Source: a virus
Strand: one strand, 5' to 3'
IMG/VR virus record: IMGVR_UViG_3300047508_000198
Coordinates: 20,945 to 84,944 of that record
Length of the DNA: 64,000 nt
Below are positions 45,277-54,571 of the stretch, piece after piece. The notes below the pieces were generated by a model, which did no database searches, was not told the origin of the DNA, and was given only the letters and a program-made list of their open reading frames with translations. Each line of letters begins with the position of its first letter. Within the stretch, counting starts at the first letter, position 1. The position numbers and the translations under genes were made by a program.

Positions 45277-47412
45277 TCAGGACCGGCGCCGCCGCAATCC
45301 CGCAGCTCCGGGCATGCCCGCGGACTGCTGGCGGGCGCCGGGGAAGCTAACCCGGTTCATTCCCGGGCGGGTGCCCCGGGCCAGGGCCGTGCCGCCCAAT
45401 GAGGCGGCGAACGGATTGGGCACCGTCGTCGCGGGGTCAAAGCGGTTCATGGGGTCGGTGGTGCTAGTGTGCATGCCGGCCCCGGGGCGCTGGGTGCCCA
45501 GGGACTCACCGAGGAAGGCGGCCATCTGCTCGCCGAGCAGGTCGGCGGTGATGATCGCGATGCAGTCGGCGATGTCCTTGGTGACCACCGGGCCGGACTC
45601 CGGCGGCAGCACCTTGGCCTGGCCCTCCGGCTTGCGCAGGAACTTCAGCTCCTGGCTGGCCTCGGCGTGCACCGGGGCGTGCACCCAGCCCATGTTCAGC
45701 GCGCCCTTGAACGTCTCGTAGGTGGCCCAGTTCAGCGGGCCGGTGGCCGGGCGCTCGTACACCTGCACCCGCTTGGGCAGCCGCCCCACGTGCACCAGCT
45801 TCTGCAGCCGCTTGACGGTCGAGGGCACGTTGAACTGGTCGAAGGTCAGCTCGGCCGGGTGGAACATCTTGACCACGTGGCCGAAGATCCACTCGATCAC
45901 CTCGTCGTAGTCGATGAAGTGATCCTCGTAGTCGGCCGGGTCCCAGAACTTGATCAGGTCGAAGACGGCGTGCAGCATCCTGTCCGGGGCCTGCTCGGTG
46001 TGCGCCATGGCGAAGCCGAACCGGGCGTTGACGTCGGACGGGTCGCCGTGCGCCCGGTACAAGGTGGTCAGCGGGCCGCGCACCGCCATGGTCAGCTCGG
46101 GGCGGCCGTAGATCTCCGGGCGGTCCAGCCACGGCCGGAACATCTCGTCGACCTTGCCCGGGTTCAGGTAGGCGTCCATCGCGGTGGCCCAGTGCGAGCG
46201 GCGCTCCACGCCGAACGTGTCGGGGTTGGCGCGCTCCTCGCGGGCCATCTCGTCGTCGTAGACCTGGATGGCGCCCTTCAGCGGGACGAACCGCGGCAGT
46301 TCCGTATCTTGATACTCGCCGAGATCGCCCTCGAAGCCCGCCGGGAACAACGGCAGGTCCGCAGCGATCTCCCAGTCCTTGTACGGGTCCCAGCTGGCCA
46401 GCTGGATCATCAGCTTGTTCGGGTAGATGCCGGTCAGCTCGCCTGTGTCGTCCGGCTCCTGCTCCAGCGAGCGCTCCCACAGCTCGTAGAACTTGCCGGT
46501 CATCTCCCAGGTCGAGGACGGGATGACGATGAAGGCGTCCTTGCCGAACTGGTCCAGAGCCGGGACCGCGCTGCCGTACACGTCGCCGAACTGGCGGGTC
46601 GTGCCCGCGTTCTTGACGTGCGCCGCCTCGTCGAAGCCCAGGATGCAGGCCGCGGGCCCGCGGGCGGACAGCAGCGTGGACTCCTTCGGGAAGACCCCGA
46701 AGCTGGCCATGTCCCGGGTGGTATGGATGCCCTTGGCGACGAGCTTGGCGGCCCGGATGGTGTCGTGCGGGGCGAACAGGGTCAGGCTCTCGCCCTGGGC
46801 CTCGGAGATGTACGGCGCGAAGCAGCCGGACCCGGTGATCGCGTTGTACAGGTCGCCCCACAGGTTGGCCTTGGCCTGCTCCTTCTTGCCCGCGAAGATC
46901 ATCACCGCGAGCTGCTTGTCCCGGTCGACGCCGTAGAAGTCCTGCGGGTCGCCGCGGGCCATGTAGGCCCACAGCACGTAGGCCATCGCGAGTGAGCAGA
47001 CGTAGCCCTTGGAGCCGCGGCGGCCGACCGCCATCAGGACTTCCTTGAACCACCGGTAGCCGCGCCGCTTCAGCCAGGCGATCCGCTCGTAGATGTCGGG
47101 CTGGATGCCGTTGGTCTTGGCCTCGAACTTATTCTCCGGCCCGGCGTTGGGGTTGGTCGCGCGGAACTCGGCGATCCACTCGGCGATCACCTGGTGGTCG
47201 TAGTCGGTGAACAGGTCATCGCGCAGGAAGATGATCTTCAGCAGCGTCGCCTGGCGCGGGTACAGGTTGGGCCGGTCCAGCCAGTCGCTGCCGATGACGA
47301 AGGTGATCGGGTCGGGCAGCTGCGGCCCGTCGACCTCATCGACGATCTCGTTGACCGTCTCCCAGATGCTGCCAGCCGGGACAGCGAGGGCGACGTCAGT
47401 GATGGCCGTCAT
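45277..47412 (-). CDS. terL: Terminase large subunit
   Basis: LYPRQATLLK Q-motif, Walker A GRRGSKG, Walker B GFDEAAH, nuclease HGDPS..FGFA, TFDQFN, TKDIADC. Confidence 0.9.
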   Translation of the reverse strand: MTAITDVALAVPAGSIWETVNEIVDEVDGPQLPDPITFVIGSDWLDRPNLYPRQATLLKIIFLRDDLFTDYDHQVIAEWIAEFRATNPNAGPENKFEAKTNGIQPDIYERIAWLKRRGYRWFKEVLMAVGRRGSKGYVCSLAMAYVLWAYMARGDPQDFYGVDRDKQLAVMIFAGKKEQAKANLWGDLYNAITGSGCFAPYISEAQGESLTLFAPHDTIRAAKLVAKGIHTTRDMASFGVFPKESTLLSARGPAACILGFDEAAHVKNAGTTRQFGDVYGSAVPALDQFGKDAFIVIPSSTWEMTGKFYELWERSLEQEPDDTGELTGIYPNKLMIQLASWDPYKDWEIAADLPLFPAGFEGDLGEYQDTELPRFVPLKGAIQVYDDEMAREERANPDTFGVERRSHWATAMDAYLNPGKVDEMFRPWLDRPEIYGRPELTMAVRGPLTTLYRAHGDPSDVNARFGFAMAHTEQAPDRMLHAVFDLIKFWDPADYEDHFIDYDEVIEWIFGHVVKMFHPAELTFDQFNVPSTVKRLQKLVHVGRLPKRVQVYERPATGPLNWATYETFKGALNMGWVHAPVHAEASQELKFLRKPEGQAKVLPPESGPVVTKDIADCIAIITADLLGEQMAAFLGESLGTQRPGAGMHTSTTDPMNRFDPATTVPNPFAASLGGTALARGTRPGMNRVSFPGARQQSAGMPGAAGLRRRRS

Positions 47413-47504
47413 GTGCTATATTCCCTAGTACCTTCGGGTAAAAGTCGATGTAGTCGACATCATCGCGTGGCGTATGCGACGAAGCGCCCTGACGGCCTCG
47501 GGTA

Positions 47505-47909
47505 TCAGTGATGGTGCCCGTGGCCGTCTCCGTGCCCGGCGCGGAAGTCCTTGAAGGCACCGCCCTGGTCGGTCTTGATCACGCCGTCGGCGCCGGGGAT
47601 CTCCAGGATGTTGCGCGTCACCTCGTGCACCTGCTGATCATGGTCGAACTGGTGTTTGGGATCGCAGCGGCCGACGATCGTGATCTCGGGCATGGCGGCA
47701 TCGCTCTGGGGCACGCCGTCGATCTCGTAGCGGAACCAGTTCACGTGCACGATGAAGCCCTCGTCGGCGAACCGGCTGACGATCTCGCGCTCGACCGCAT
47801 CGAAGTTGCGGAGGCCCTTCTGGTGCCGGTCGCGCAGCGTGTCCCAGACCTTCTGGATCCGGTCGACCTCGCTGTCGTACAGCTCAATCGGCGGTCGCGG
47901 CACTGTCAC
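47505..47909 (-). CDS. Conserved hypothetical protein next to terminase
   Basis: PEITIVGR..FDHDQQVHEVTRNIL. Confidence 0.7.
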   Translation of the reverse strand: MTVPRPPIELYDSEVDRIQKVWDTLRDRHQKGLRNFDAVEREIVSRFADEGFIVHVNWFRYEIDGVPQSDAAMPEITIVGRCDPKHQFDHDQQVHEVTRNILEIPGADGVIKTDQGGAFKDFRAGHGDGHGHHH

Positions 47910-48516
47910 CGGCTGGCTCCTCCCGGGGCGGCGGCATGATGGAGCGCAGGGCCTCGGAGCCGCGCACGTCGGCGGCGAAGTCGGCCCAGTGCACGCCGAG
48001 GTGCTTGCGGGCGATCCACAGCAGCTCGCGGACGGCCGCCTGCCACTGCTCGACCGTACCGGCCAGCTCGCGGCCCGCCTCGTCCCGCTCGATGTCGCGC
48101 TGCAGCTTCAGGATCGTCACGGCATCGCGGACGGAGGTCTCGCCGCCGCCGTCGGCCAGGGTCTCGTATGCCCGCTGCAGGGCCAGGGTGGCCAGGTCGG
48201 CCGGGGTGACCGGCGGGCTGCCGTCGAGTGCCGACGCGCCGCGGGCGGCCACCGCCTCCTCCAGCTGGACCCGGGCCTGCGCGTGCGGGGCGGCCAGGTG
48301 GGCCACATGGCCGCGCAGCGCGCCGACCGAGACCTGCCGGACCCCGGCCGGGCGCATCGACCGCATGTACTCCTGCACCCGCTTGTAGGTCCAGCCGTAG
48401 GACAGCAGCGTGTCCACCTGGAGCAGGACCGGCGAGGTGCAGACCGGGCACGCCGGGTCGTAGGGCTTGTCGTGCTCGCGGGCCCCGATCCGGATCCGGA
48501 TGGTGCCCTCAGTCAT
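47884..48516 (-). CDS. Possible terminase small subunit
   Basis: CPVC followed by HTH-like segment and helical C-terminus; position upstream of terL. Confidence 0.5.
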   Translation of the reverse strand: MTEGTIRIRIGAREHDKPYDPACPVCTSPVLLQVDTLLSYGWTYKRVQEYMRSMRPAGVRQVSVGALRGHVAHLAAPHAQARVQLEEAVAARGASALDGSPPVTPADLATLALQRAYETLADGGGETSVRDAVTILKLQRDIERDEAGRELAGTVEQWQAAVRELLWIARKHLGVHWADFAADVRGSEALRSIMPPPREEPAGDSAATAD

Positions 48517-48706
48517 ATGTGACCTCGACCGGCTCGGAGTAGGTCACCGGGTACTGATTCGGGTAGTGCTCAGGATCGCCGCAGACGCGGAACTCCCCGT
48601 CCTCGGGCGGCAGCAGGCCCGCGGGGCGCGTCTCGGTCCAGCTGTGCCCGCACGCCGACGCCACGCCGATCTTGATGGCCGGGACCTCAGTCATCGCAGT
48701 AGTCAC
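48509..48706 (-). CDS. Small hypothetical protein
   Basis: CGH..C..H; packing. Confidence 0.45.
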   Translation of the reverse strand: MTTAMTEVPAIKIGVASACGHSWTETRPAGLLPPEDGEFRVCGDPEHYPNQYPVTYSEPVEVTYD

Positions 48707-49049
48707 CGTCCGCCGAGGCGAAGTCGGGCGAGTCCGGGATCCGCCGGGAGGGATAGAACCCCTCGCGCGAGTTCAGGTGCGAGTGGCGGGAGTTCCAGGC
48801 CTTGCGGAACATGCCGCGGCGCACCGCCGGGTCGGCGAAGCCGGTGGAGGTGAGGATCTCCCGGCGGGAGCGGTCCTCCTCCTTCCACTTGGTCAGGATG
48901 TCAGACTTGGCAGTACGCGAGGTGACGCCCCGCAGCGAGTCCGCTATCAGGGCATCGGCCAGGTCCTCCAGCGGGCGGCAGACCCCGTTCCGCAGCCGCA
49001 GCTTCACGGCCGGCATACTCAGGCCAGCGGGCAGCGTGTTCTCCGTCAT
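48687..49049 (-). CDS. Hypothetical protein
   Basis: GGAGG RBS; basic protein. Confidence 0.6.
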   Translation of the reverse strand: MTENTLPAGLSMPAVKLRLRNGVCRPLEDLADALIADSLRGVTSRTAKSDILTKWKEEDRSRREILTSTGFADPAVRRGMFRKAWNSRHSHLNSREGFYPSRRIPDSPDFASADGDYCDD

Positions 49050-49371
49050 GGTCCCCTCCGGGCGCGGTGTGCTCGTAGACCGCGCAGAGCTGGCGGAGGC
49101 CGTCCTGGGCGTACTCGGCCACCGGCCGGGTCCCGTCGGTCTTCATCAGCTTGGCGGCCTCGGCATCGGGCATGTCCATGTACAGGCACTGGATGGCCAT
49201 CGCCTGCACGGGGTCCAGGTGCCGGCTCAGCTCGTGCAACCGGAGCAGGTCGGCCAGGCAGTAGACGTCGCCGTCGGGACCGGTCAGTGAGTCGATGCCC
49301 TCGGCCTCATGCAGAGACTGCCAGGCTTGCAGGTGCCGGATCAGCTCACCGAGCACTGACGGTTCAAGCAA
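48901..49371 (-). CDS. Sigma-70 region 4-like HTH protein (candidate late regulator)
   Basis: LDPVQAMAIQCLYMDMPDAEAAKLM..VAEYAQDGLRQL; GGAGG RBS before TTG. Confidence 0.55.
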   Translation of the reverse strand: MLEPSVLGELIRHLQAWQSLHEAEGIDSLTGPDGDVYCLADLLRLHELSRHLDPVQAMAIQCLYMDMPDAEAAKLMKTDGTRPVAEYAQDGLRQLCAVYEHTAPGGDHDGEHAARWPEYAGREAAAAERGLPPAGGPGRCPDSGLAAGRHLAYCQV

Positions 49372-49502
49372 CGTCCCTCCGCGCGGCCGGAAACACCCGG
49401 TTATCAGGCTTTATTGCGCACAGTTAAGCACGCCACAGAAGGGTAGGTACACCCGAGCGCGGAATGGCGCCAGCGCCTATCAAGAAACCATAAACAGGAT
49501 TC

Positions 49503-50219
49503 CTAGATACGCGCGGCCCTGTTCAGCATGTCCTCCAGTCGCTCCAGGCTGCGGATCAGCGCATCGGCCCGGCGCGACAGCACCGCCTGGAAGATGGCGA
49601 AGTACCGGTCCTCGATGCCCGCCAGGTGCCCGGCCTGGGTCCGGTCGTCGATAGTCAGCCGGCGGCCCTCCTCGGCCGCGGTGGTGTAGCCCCAGGCGAA
49701 GGCCTGCTCCCAGATGCCCTTGGCGAACATCGCCGAGCCCCACATCTGCGCGGCCTGCTGGCGCCACTCGATCATGTGGGTGGCCAGCTCGAACAGGAAG
49801 TCGTCGCGCTCGGCGTCGCCGAGCCGGTCCCAGTGCTCGATGAGGAACCCGTGCTCGTTGCGCTTCCACTTGATGTGCCCGGCCATGTCCTTCATGACCT
49901 CGCCGGAGCTGGTGATGATCATCGGCTCGCGGACCACCCGGTACAGCCGCTCCACCAGCCACCAGGCGTCGGCGAAGACGGTGGCCAGCACGTCATCGGC
50001 CAGCCGGGTGATCTCAGCCAGCTTGATCTTGTCGGCCGGCTTCCAGTCCGTCCGTATCCGGCTGAAGTTGACGTGGCTGAACTGCCGGGTCCGGTCGGGC
50101 GGGATGTCGGGGGCCAGCGGCAGCTCGTCGGTGCCCTGCGGCAGCTGGTCGGACTCGGCGCGGATCCGCTCCAGCTGGCGCTGCTGCTGCCCGTCGTCGG
50201 GGCTATTGCCGTCGGCCAC
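49503..50219 (-). CDS. Conserved helical hypothetical protein
   Basis: 238 aa; GGAGG-like RBS; typical codon usage. Confidence 0.7.
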   Translation of the reverse strand: MADGNSPDDGQQQRQLERIRAESDQLPQGTDELPLAPDIPPDRTRQFSHVNFSRIRTDWKPADKIKLAEITRLADDVLATVFADAWWLVERLYRVVREPMIITSSGEVMKDMAGHIKWKRNEHGFLIEHWDRLGDAERDDFLFELATHMIEWRQQAAQMWGSAMFAKGIWEQAFAWGYTTAAEEGRRLTIDDRTQAGHLAGIEDRYFAIFQAVLSRRADALIRSLERLEDMLNRAARI

Positions 50220-50222
50220 GGG

Positions 50223-50459
50223 TCACGACACCTCGTCCAGGATCACGGTGACGGCGGTGAACACGTTGACGATGCCGATCTCGGGCTCCAGGCGGCCGAT
50301 GATGTTCCGCGCCCGGTCCCGGTAGTACTTCTGGTGGCCGGACGCCGGGCTGCCCCAGCGCCCGCACGTAGATACCTCGCCGCACAGGTCCTCGTGCAGC
50401 AGGCCCGCCAGGCGCTGCTCCTCATCATCCCCGGGCTGGCTCATCGGACCCAAGCTCAT
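50223..50459 (-). CDS. Hypothetical protein
   Basis: LHEDLC..C..YYRDRA. Confidence 0.55.
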   Translation of the reverse strand: MSLGPMSQPGDDEEQRLAGLLHEDLCGEVSTCGRWGSPASGHQKYYRDRARNIIGRLEPEIGIVNVFTAVTVILDEVS

Positions 50460-50760
50460 AGCCCCGCTCAGCCTCCTCTGCCAGCTTCTCGATGTCGGCT
50501 TCGGTCAGCAGCTTGCCGGTCCTGGTCCGGTACCGCGGGCGGCAGCCGCAGAACGGCACGACGTAGGGATCGTCATCGGCCGAGGGCTCGGCGCTAATCC
50601 ACAGCGAGCCTTCCCGGCCGGGCCGCTCGCAGGTGTGCTCGACCAGCGGGATGCCGCTGACCGAGCCTGCGGGGCGGAACTCGACCTGGGGCATCAGGAG
50701 ATCAAACTTGACCAGGCCTTCCCCGGTGAACACCGGGTCCGTGAAGTCCCAGCTGCTCAT
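50425..50760 (-). CDS. Hypothetical protein
   Basis: GGAGGA RBS before MSSWDF; TRTGKLLTEADIEKLAEEAERGY tail. Confidence 0.55.
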   Translation of the reverse strand: MSSWDFTDPVFTGEGLVKFDLLMPQVEFRPAGSVSGIPLVEHTCERPGREGSLWISAEPSADDDPYVVPFCGCRPRYRTRTGKLLTEADIEKLAEEAERGYELGSDEPARG

Positions 50761-51254
50761 CGCCGTCCTCCTCCGAACTCGCCGTGCCACCGGACCTGCG
50801 CGGCCGGAACATCGTCATCGAGCGACCAGCACCCGATGCTCACCAGGTCGTGGCGCCACGGGATGGCCCGCCGCTCGACCTCCCACACGTCCCAGCGGGG
50901 CCAGTGCGCGTGCAAGCCGATCACGTCCGGCTTCTTGTCGACGTACACCCCGGGCTGCTGGCAGGCCCGCAGCATCTTGCAGATCTCCGCATACGGTGCC
51001 CACGCACCGCCCTGGCCGGGCTGGCAGGCTCTCAGGCCCCCGGCCGCGATCACGTCCCGGCGAAATGCCGGTGCCGTGTGGTAGAGGACCGGCGGCGGGT
51101 CCCGGAACACCGCAGCGCGGTGCAGCACGGCGTAGTCCGCCGCCGGGTCGGCGTCGAGCCCGGCGAGCATCAGCGCGGCGATGTCCTCGTCCAGCTCGCG
51201 CACGTCGCGCTTGTAGCAGATGTGGCGGCGGACGTCAGCTTCCGTCAGGAGCAT
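50757..51254 (-). CDS. Single-domain ART-like (Tpt1/KptA-like) protein
   Basis: LYHTAP..IAAGGLR..GVYV..DVWEV..W..DDVPAAQV. Confidence 0.5.
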   Translation of the reverse strand: MLLTEADVRRHICYKRDVRELDEDIAALMLAGLDADPAADYAVLHRAAVFRDPPPVLYHTAPAFRRDVIAAGGLRACQPGQGGAWAPYAEICKMLRACQQPGVYVDKKPDVIGLHAHWPRWDVWEVERRAIPWRHDLVSIGCWSLDDDVPAAQVRWHGEFGGGRR

Positions 51255-51579
51255 GATCCTCCTCCGGCGGGTCGATCTCGGTAAAGCCGAGCAGCCGCCT
51301 GAACACGCGGATGCCGTTGGCCAGGTCGCCGTAGTGATCGTAGAACCAGCGGCAGTACGCGGGGCCGAAGTCCGGGTGATCCCCGTACGGCAGGGTCTGG
51401 TGGCAGATCAGGCCCAGGTGGTGGTCCCCGGTGTTCCCTGCGACCAGCTCCTTCAGCTTGCCCTCGCGCAGGTGCATCAGGTTGCCGGGGCGGCCGACGC
51501 AGGTCGAGCACTGCCGGGTCAGCAGCCGCGCCCGGCCGGTCCCCGGGTCCAGGATCGAGGCACCGTCCAGCTCGCTCAT
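51235..51579 (-). CDS. Cys-rich hypothetical protein
   Basis: QCSTCVGRPGNLMHL..ICHQTL..CRWFY. Confidence 0.6.
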   Translation of the reverse strand: MSELDGASILDPGTGRARLLTRQCSTCVGRPGNLMHLREGKLKELVAGNTGDHHLGLICHQTLPYGDHPDFGPAYCRWFYDHYGDLANGIRVFRRLLGFTEIDPPEEDHAPDGS

Positions 51580-51583
51580 GGCA

Positions 51584-51782
51584 TCAGAACGCCTGGTCGA
51601 ACAGGTTCCCGCTGCGCTGCTCGCCGCCGAATGCGTCACCGGCCCACTCATGCTGCGTGCGGGCGTCGTAGTGCGGCAGCCGGTGGCGCGGATTCTCGGT
51701 GCACACCGAGAATCCGTCCGTGTCATTGCACAGGCCGTCTCGCGGCTCGCTGGGCTGCAGCTCGGGGTCGTTGCTCGGCATG
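51584..51782 (-). CDS. Small Cys/His protein (coordinates approximate)
   Basis: GGAGG RBS before MPSNDP; own promoter upstream. Confidence 0.5.
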
Positions 51783-51797
51783 ATTCCTCCCGCCCTC

Positions 51798-51819
51798 AGT
51801 ATATCAAGGTTAATAGATA
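51798..51819 (-). promoter_or_regulatory. Promoter with degenerate operator
   Basis: Minus strand TATCTA-TTAACC-TTGATA running into -10 TATACT. Confidence 0.65.
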
Positions 51820-52349
51820 CCTTCGTCCTCTTCGGACAAAGGATCCGGTTCCGGCGCGTCCAGCGAGCAGGCCAGGGCGATGGCCAGCGCGTCGCGCTCG
51901 TTGTGGTTCCAGGTCCGCGCCGTGGTGCCGCCCACGTAGCGGGCCACCGCGGCAGCGATCTCATCCTTGTCGTGGTTCGGGCTGCCGGTCAGCAGGCGCG
52001 AGGCGTGGTTGGCCGAGACCGTCACGCTAGTCCCGCCGCTGACCTCGTACACGCACCACCCGGCGATCAGCGATGACTCCAGCCGGTGGCCGTGCACGGC
52101 CGGGGCCTCATGAGCGATCAGTGACGGGAACCGAAGGTCCTGCTCGCGCCAGATCGTCTCCTCGATCAGGTGCTTCATCCGGGAGGCCTTGTCGTAGGTG
52201 CCCAGGTAGCCACGCTCGGCGGTGCGCACCCGCAGCGTGCCCTTGTCGAACAGGCGGATGCGGACCAGGGGCTCGGCGGAGATGTACACCCAGCTCACCT
52301 TCAGGTGCGCCCAGCCGGTCGCCGACAGCGACGGGTCGAAGGCCAGCAC
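51810..52349 (-). CDS. ruvC: RuvC-like Holliday junction resolvase (true start probably about 110 nt upstream)
   Basis: LAFDPSLSATGWA, IAHEAP, HNERDALAIA. Confidence 0.8.
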   Translation of the reverse strand: MLAFDPSLSATGWAHLKVSWVYISAEPLVRIRLFDKGTLRVRTAERGYLGTYDKASRMKHLIEETIWREQDLRFPSLIAHEAPAVHGHRLESSLIAGWCVYEVSGGTSVTVSANHASRLLTGSPNHDKDEIAAAVARYVGGTTARTWNHNERDALAIALACSLDAPEPDPLSEEDEGIY

Positions 52350-52456
52350 CTTGACCGGCTTGAAGTCGGTGCCCTCCGGCGGCTTCCACTGCTCCGCGGC
52401 CGGGAGCTTGCCGTTCGCGGTGATCTGGGCACGCAGGTCCTCCCAGAGCGAGGCCT

Positions 52457-52735
52457 TCAGAACGCCAGCCCGCCCTGGAAGTGCACCCGGGTATCGTGCG
52501 GTGCAATCGTGAGCAGCCCGTTGATCGAGTGCTGGTGCCGCGGGTAGCCGTCATGCTCTCCCCAGCGGTGCCGGCCCTTGTGCCACACCAGCTTGCCGGG
52601 GGCGGGCTCCGGGGGCGGCAGCAGCCGGGCCTCCGGCGCGCCGAAGCTGATCGAGGCCTGGACCTCCCGGCAGGTCTGCTCCGGGGTCATCCCCGGCGGG
52701 GACGTGACCCAGACCATCACGCCGACGCGGGCCAT
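52457..52735 (-). CDS. Hypothetical protein
   Basis: RBS; packing. Confidence 0.5.
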   Translation of the reverse strand: MARVGVMVWVTSPPGMTPEQTCREVQASISFGAPEARLLPPPEPAPGKLVWHKGRHRWGEHDGYPRHQHSINGLLTIAPHDTRVHFQGGLAF

Positions 52736-53001
52736 CCGGTCCCCTCCCTCTTCGCGGGCGGGTGCGAGTGATGCCGGTCGGCCTTCCAGCAGTCGATACT
52801 GCGCAGCCGGCGATCCACGTCCTCGGCCAGGTCGCCGATCAGCTCGATGTTCGGCAGGTCATCGTCGGTCAGGTAGTCGCCGTGCCCGTGGCCGTCCAGG
52901 CTTGTGCGCAGGTCCCGGACCTCGGCCTCCAGCTCCGTGACGCGCTCCTTCAGGCTCCTGTAATCCTTGCGGTCCTTGCCCGTCCGGATGGTGATCATCA
53001 T
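52717..53001 (-). CDS. Coiled-coil hypothetical protein
   Basis: MMITIRTG..LKERVTELEAEVRDL; 4-nt overlap with upstream gene. Confidence 0.55.
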   Translation of the reverse strand: MMITIRTGKDRKDYRSLKERVTELEAEVRDLRTSLDGHGHGDYLTDDDLPNIELIGDLAEDVDRRLRSIDCWKADRHHSHPPAKREGTGWPASA

Positions 53002-53768
53002 GCGAGCCCCACCCGGGCCAGCACGCTGCGGTACTTTGCCTCGATCTGGTAGGCCGCCACCGGATCGGCCATCACGTGGTACTCGCGCAGGTCCCACGGG
53101 TTGCCGATGCCCTGGAAGAGCACGATGTACCGGCGCAGGCCGGTCAGCCGCATGTACTCCTGCACCTGCCACCAGTACTCCGGCCAGCGCTCCTTGAAGA
53201 ACGCCTCGTCCATGTCCGGTGCCTTGGCCAGCAGCACGTTCTTGATCGTCTTGAGGTCGAAGCCCCAGATGTGCTCGGGGTCCAGGTCCCGGCGGTGCCC
53301 CGGCGGCAGCTGGCCGTAGATGCGCGGCTCGAAGCAGAGGATGCCGTCCAGGTGGCCGCGGGAGCGGGTCTCGGGCTGGCTGGCGCCGTGCTCGCGGCAG
53401 TGCCGGGGCTGCGGGAAGCCGCACGCCGGGCAGGTGCCCTCGCGCACCGGCACCATGAGCCCGAGCTGGTACAGCGCCTGCCGGGTCACCTCGTGCATGA
53501 TCGTGCCGTACAGCACGCTCATCCGGCCCAGGTAGCCGAAGTCCTCGGGATCCTCCTTCTTGGGCATGGTCAGGTAGGTAATCAGCTGGCCCTCGGTCAG
53601 CCCCGGGTGAGTGCTGGCGTGGAACCACCCGTCCGGCGCCCGCGGCTGCGGCTTGGCCGTATGGATGGTCAGCTTGAACGCCTCGCCCGAGGTGAAGAAG
53701 TTGACCAGCAGCGGCTTGACCAGGCAGCCCGCGGCAACGTACTTCGCGATCGTCTCGAACGTGGGCAT
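52998..53768 (-). CDS. PD-(D/E)xK (Cas4/RecB-like) exonuclease
   Basis: FHAS, GTIMHE, GHLDGIL, FDLKT, QVQEYM. Confidence 0.8.
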   Translation of the reverse strand: MPTFETIAKYVAAGCLVKPLLVNFFTSGEAFKLTIHTAKPQPRAPDGWFHASTHPGLTEGQLITYLTMPKKEDPEDFGYLGRMSVLYGTIMHEVTRQALYQLGLMVPVREGTCPACGFPQPRHCREHGASQPETRSRGHLDGILCFEPRIYGQLPPGHRRDLDPEHIWGFDLKTIKNVLLAKAPDMDEAFFKERWPEYWWQVQEYMRLTGLRRYIVLFQGIGNPWDLREYHVMADPVAAYQIEAKYRSVLARVGLA

Positions 53769-54562
53769 CAGGAGACGGTCAGCTGGGGCCCGCCCACCCG
53801 CACCCGCAGCGTCCCGTCGATGTACAGCTCACCGCGGATCACCCGGACGTCATCGACGTACAGCCGCAGCTCGCCCATGCCGCGGTCGTAGCGCACCGAG
53901 CTGACGCTGCGATCGGTGACGGTGCCGTCGTCGGCAATCCAGTAGCCGCGCGACGTGATCGACCCGGCGTCGCCCTCGTCGTGCCGGCCGTCCACCACCA
54001 GGCACGGCCACAGCTCGTGCGGCGGCACCGGCAGCAGCTGCACCGGGTACGGGCCGCTCAGCACGGGCACGGGAGATGACGGCGGCTGCACCGGCACCGG
54101 CCCCGGCCGCGGCGGGTCCGGGAACCAGCTGTCCGGGCCCACCTGCGTGCCGACCTGCTCCTGCTCCCAGGACTGCCGGGCCGCAGCTATCGCCTGGCCG
54201 ACCTCGGCGACGCTCCAGCGGGCGGCCTCCAGCAGCTCGGCGAGATCGGCGGCCGTGATCGCCACCCAGTCCTCGTCAACCTGCTTCAGGTCCTCGGTGC
54301 CGTAGAAGCGCAGGCCGATGGCCGGGCGCTCGCCGCCCGCCTGCTCGCGGATCTTCTCCAGCATCGCCCGGTCGACGGTGATGCCCTTGCCGAGGGTGGA
54401 CTTGCCGTCCCAGCCGAAGGCGAACTCGGTGGTGAGGCGGTTGTTGTGCCCGTCGCCCTGGTCCTGCCACTGCGAGCCCGAGCCCCGGGTCTTCCGGCCG
54501 CCGAACACCTCCGCGAGGTACTCCTCGTGCAGTTCGGCCATGCGTGTTCTGTCAGGTGCCAT
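53768..54562 (-). CDS. PD-(D/E)xK endonuclease-like protein (Hjc-like N-terminus)
   Basis: HEEYLA..GGRKTRGSG..GDG..DGKST. Confidence 0.65.
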   Translation of the reverse strand: MAPDRTRMAELHEEYLAEVFGGRKTRGSGSQWQDQGDGHNNRLTTEFAFGWDGKSTLGKGITVDRAMLEKIREQAGGERPAIGLRFYGTEDLKQVDEDWVAITAADLAELLEAARWSVAEVGQAIAAARQSWEQEQVGTQVGPDSWFPDPPRPGPVPVQPPSSPVPVLSGPYPVQLLPVPPHELWPCLVVDGRHDEGDAGSITSRGYWIADDGTVTDRSVSSVRYDRGMGELRLYVDDVRVIRGELYIDGTLRVRVGGPQLTVS

Positions 54563-54571
54563 GGTCCAGTC

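Noticed and set aside
52998-53768. Cas4-like nuclease as an acquisition component of the array system
   Set aside because: Lies in the recA/ruvC recombination cluster 27 kb away; such solo nucleases are common in phages and no linkage is visible
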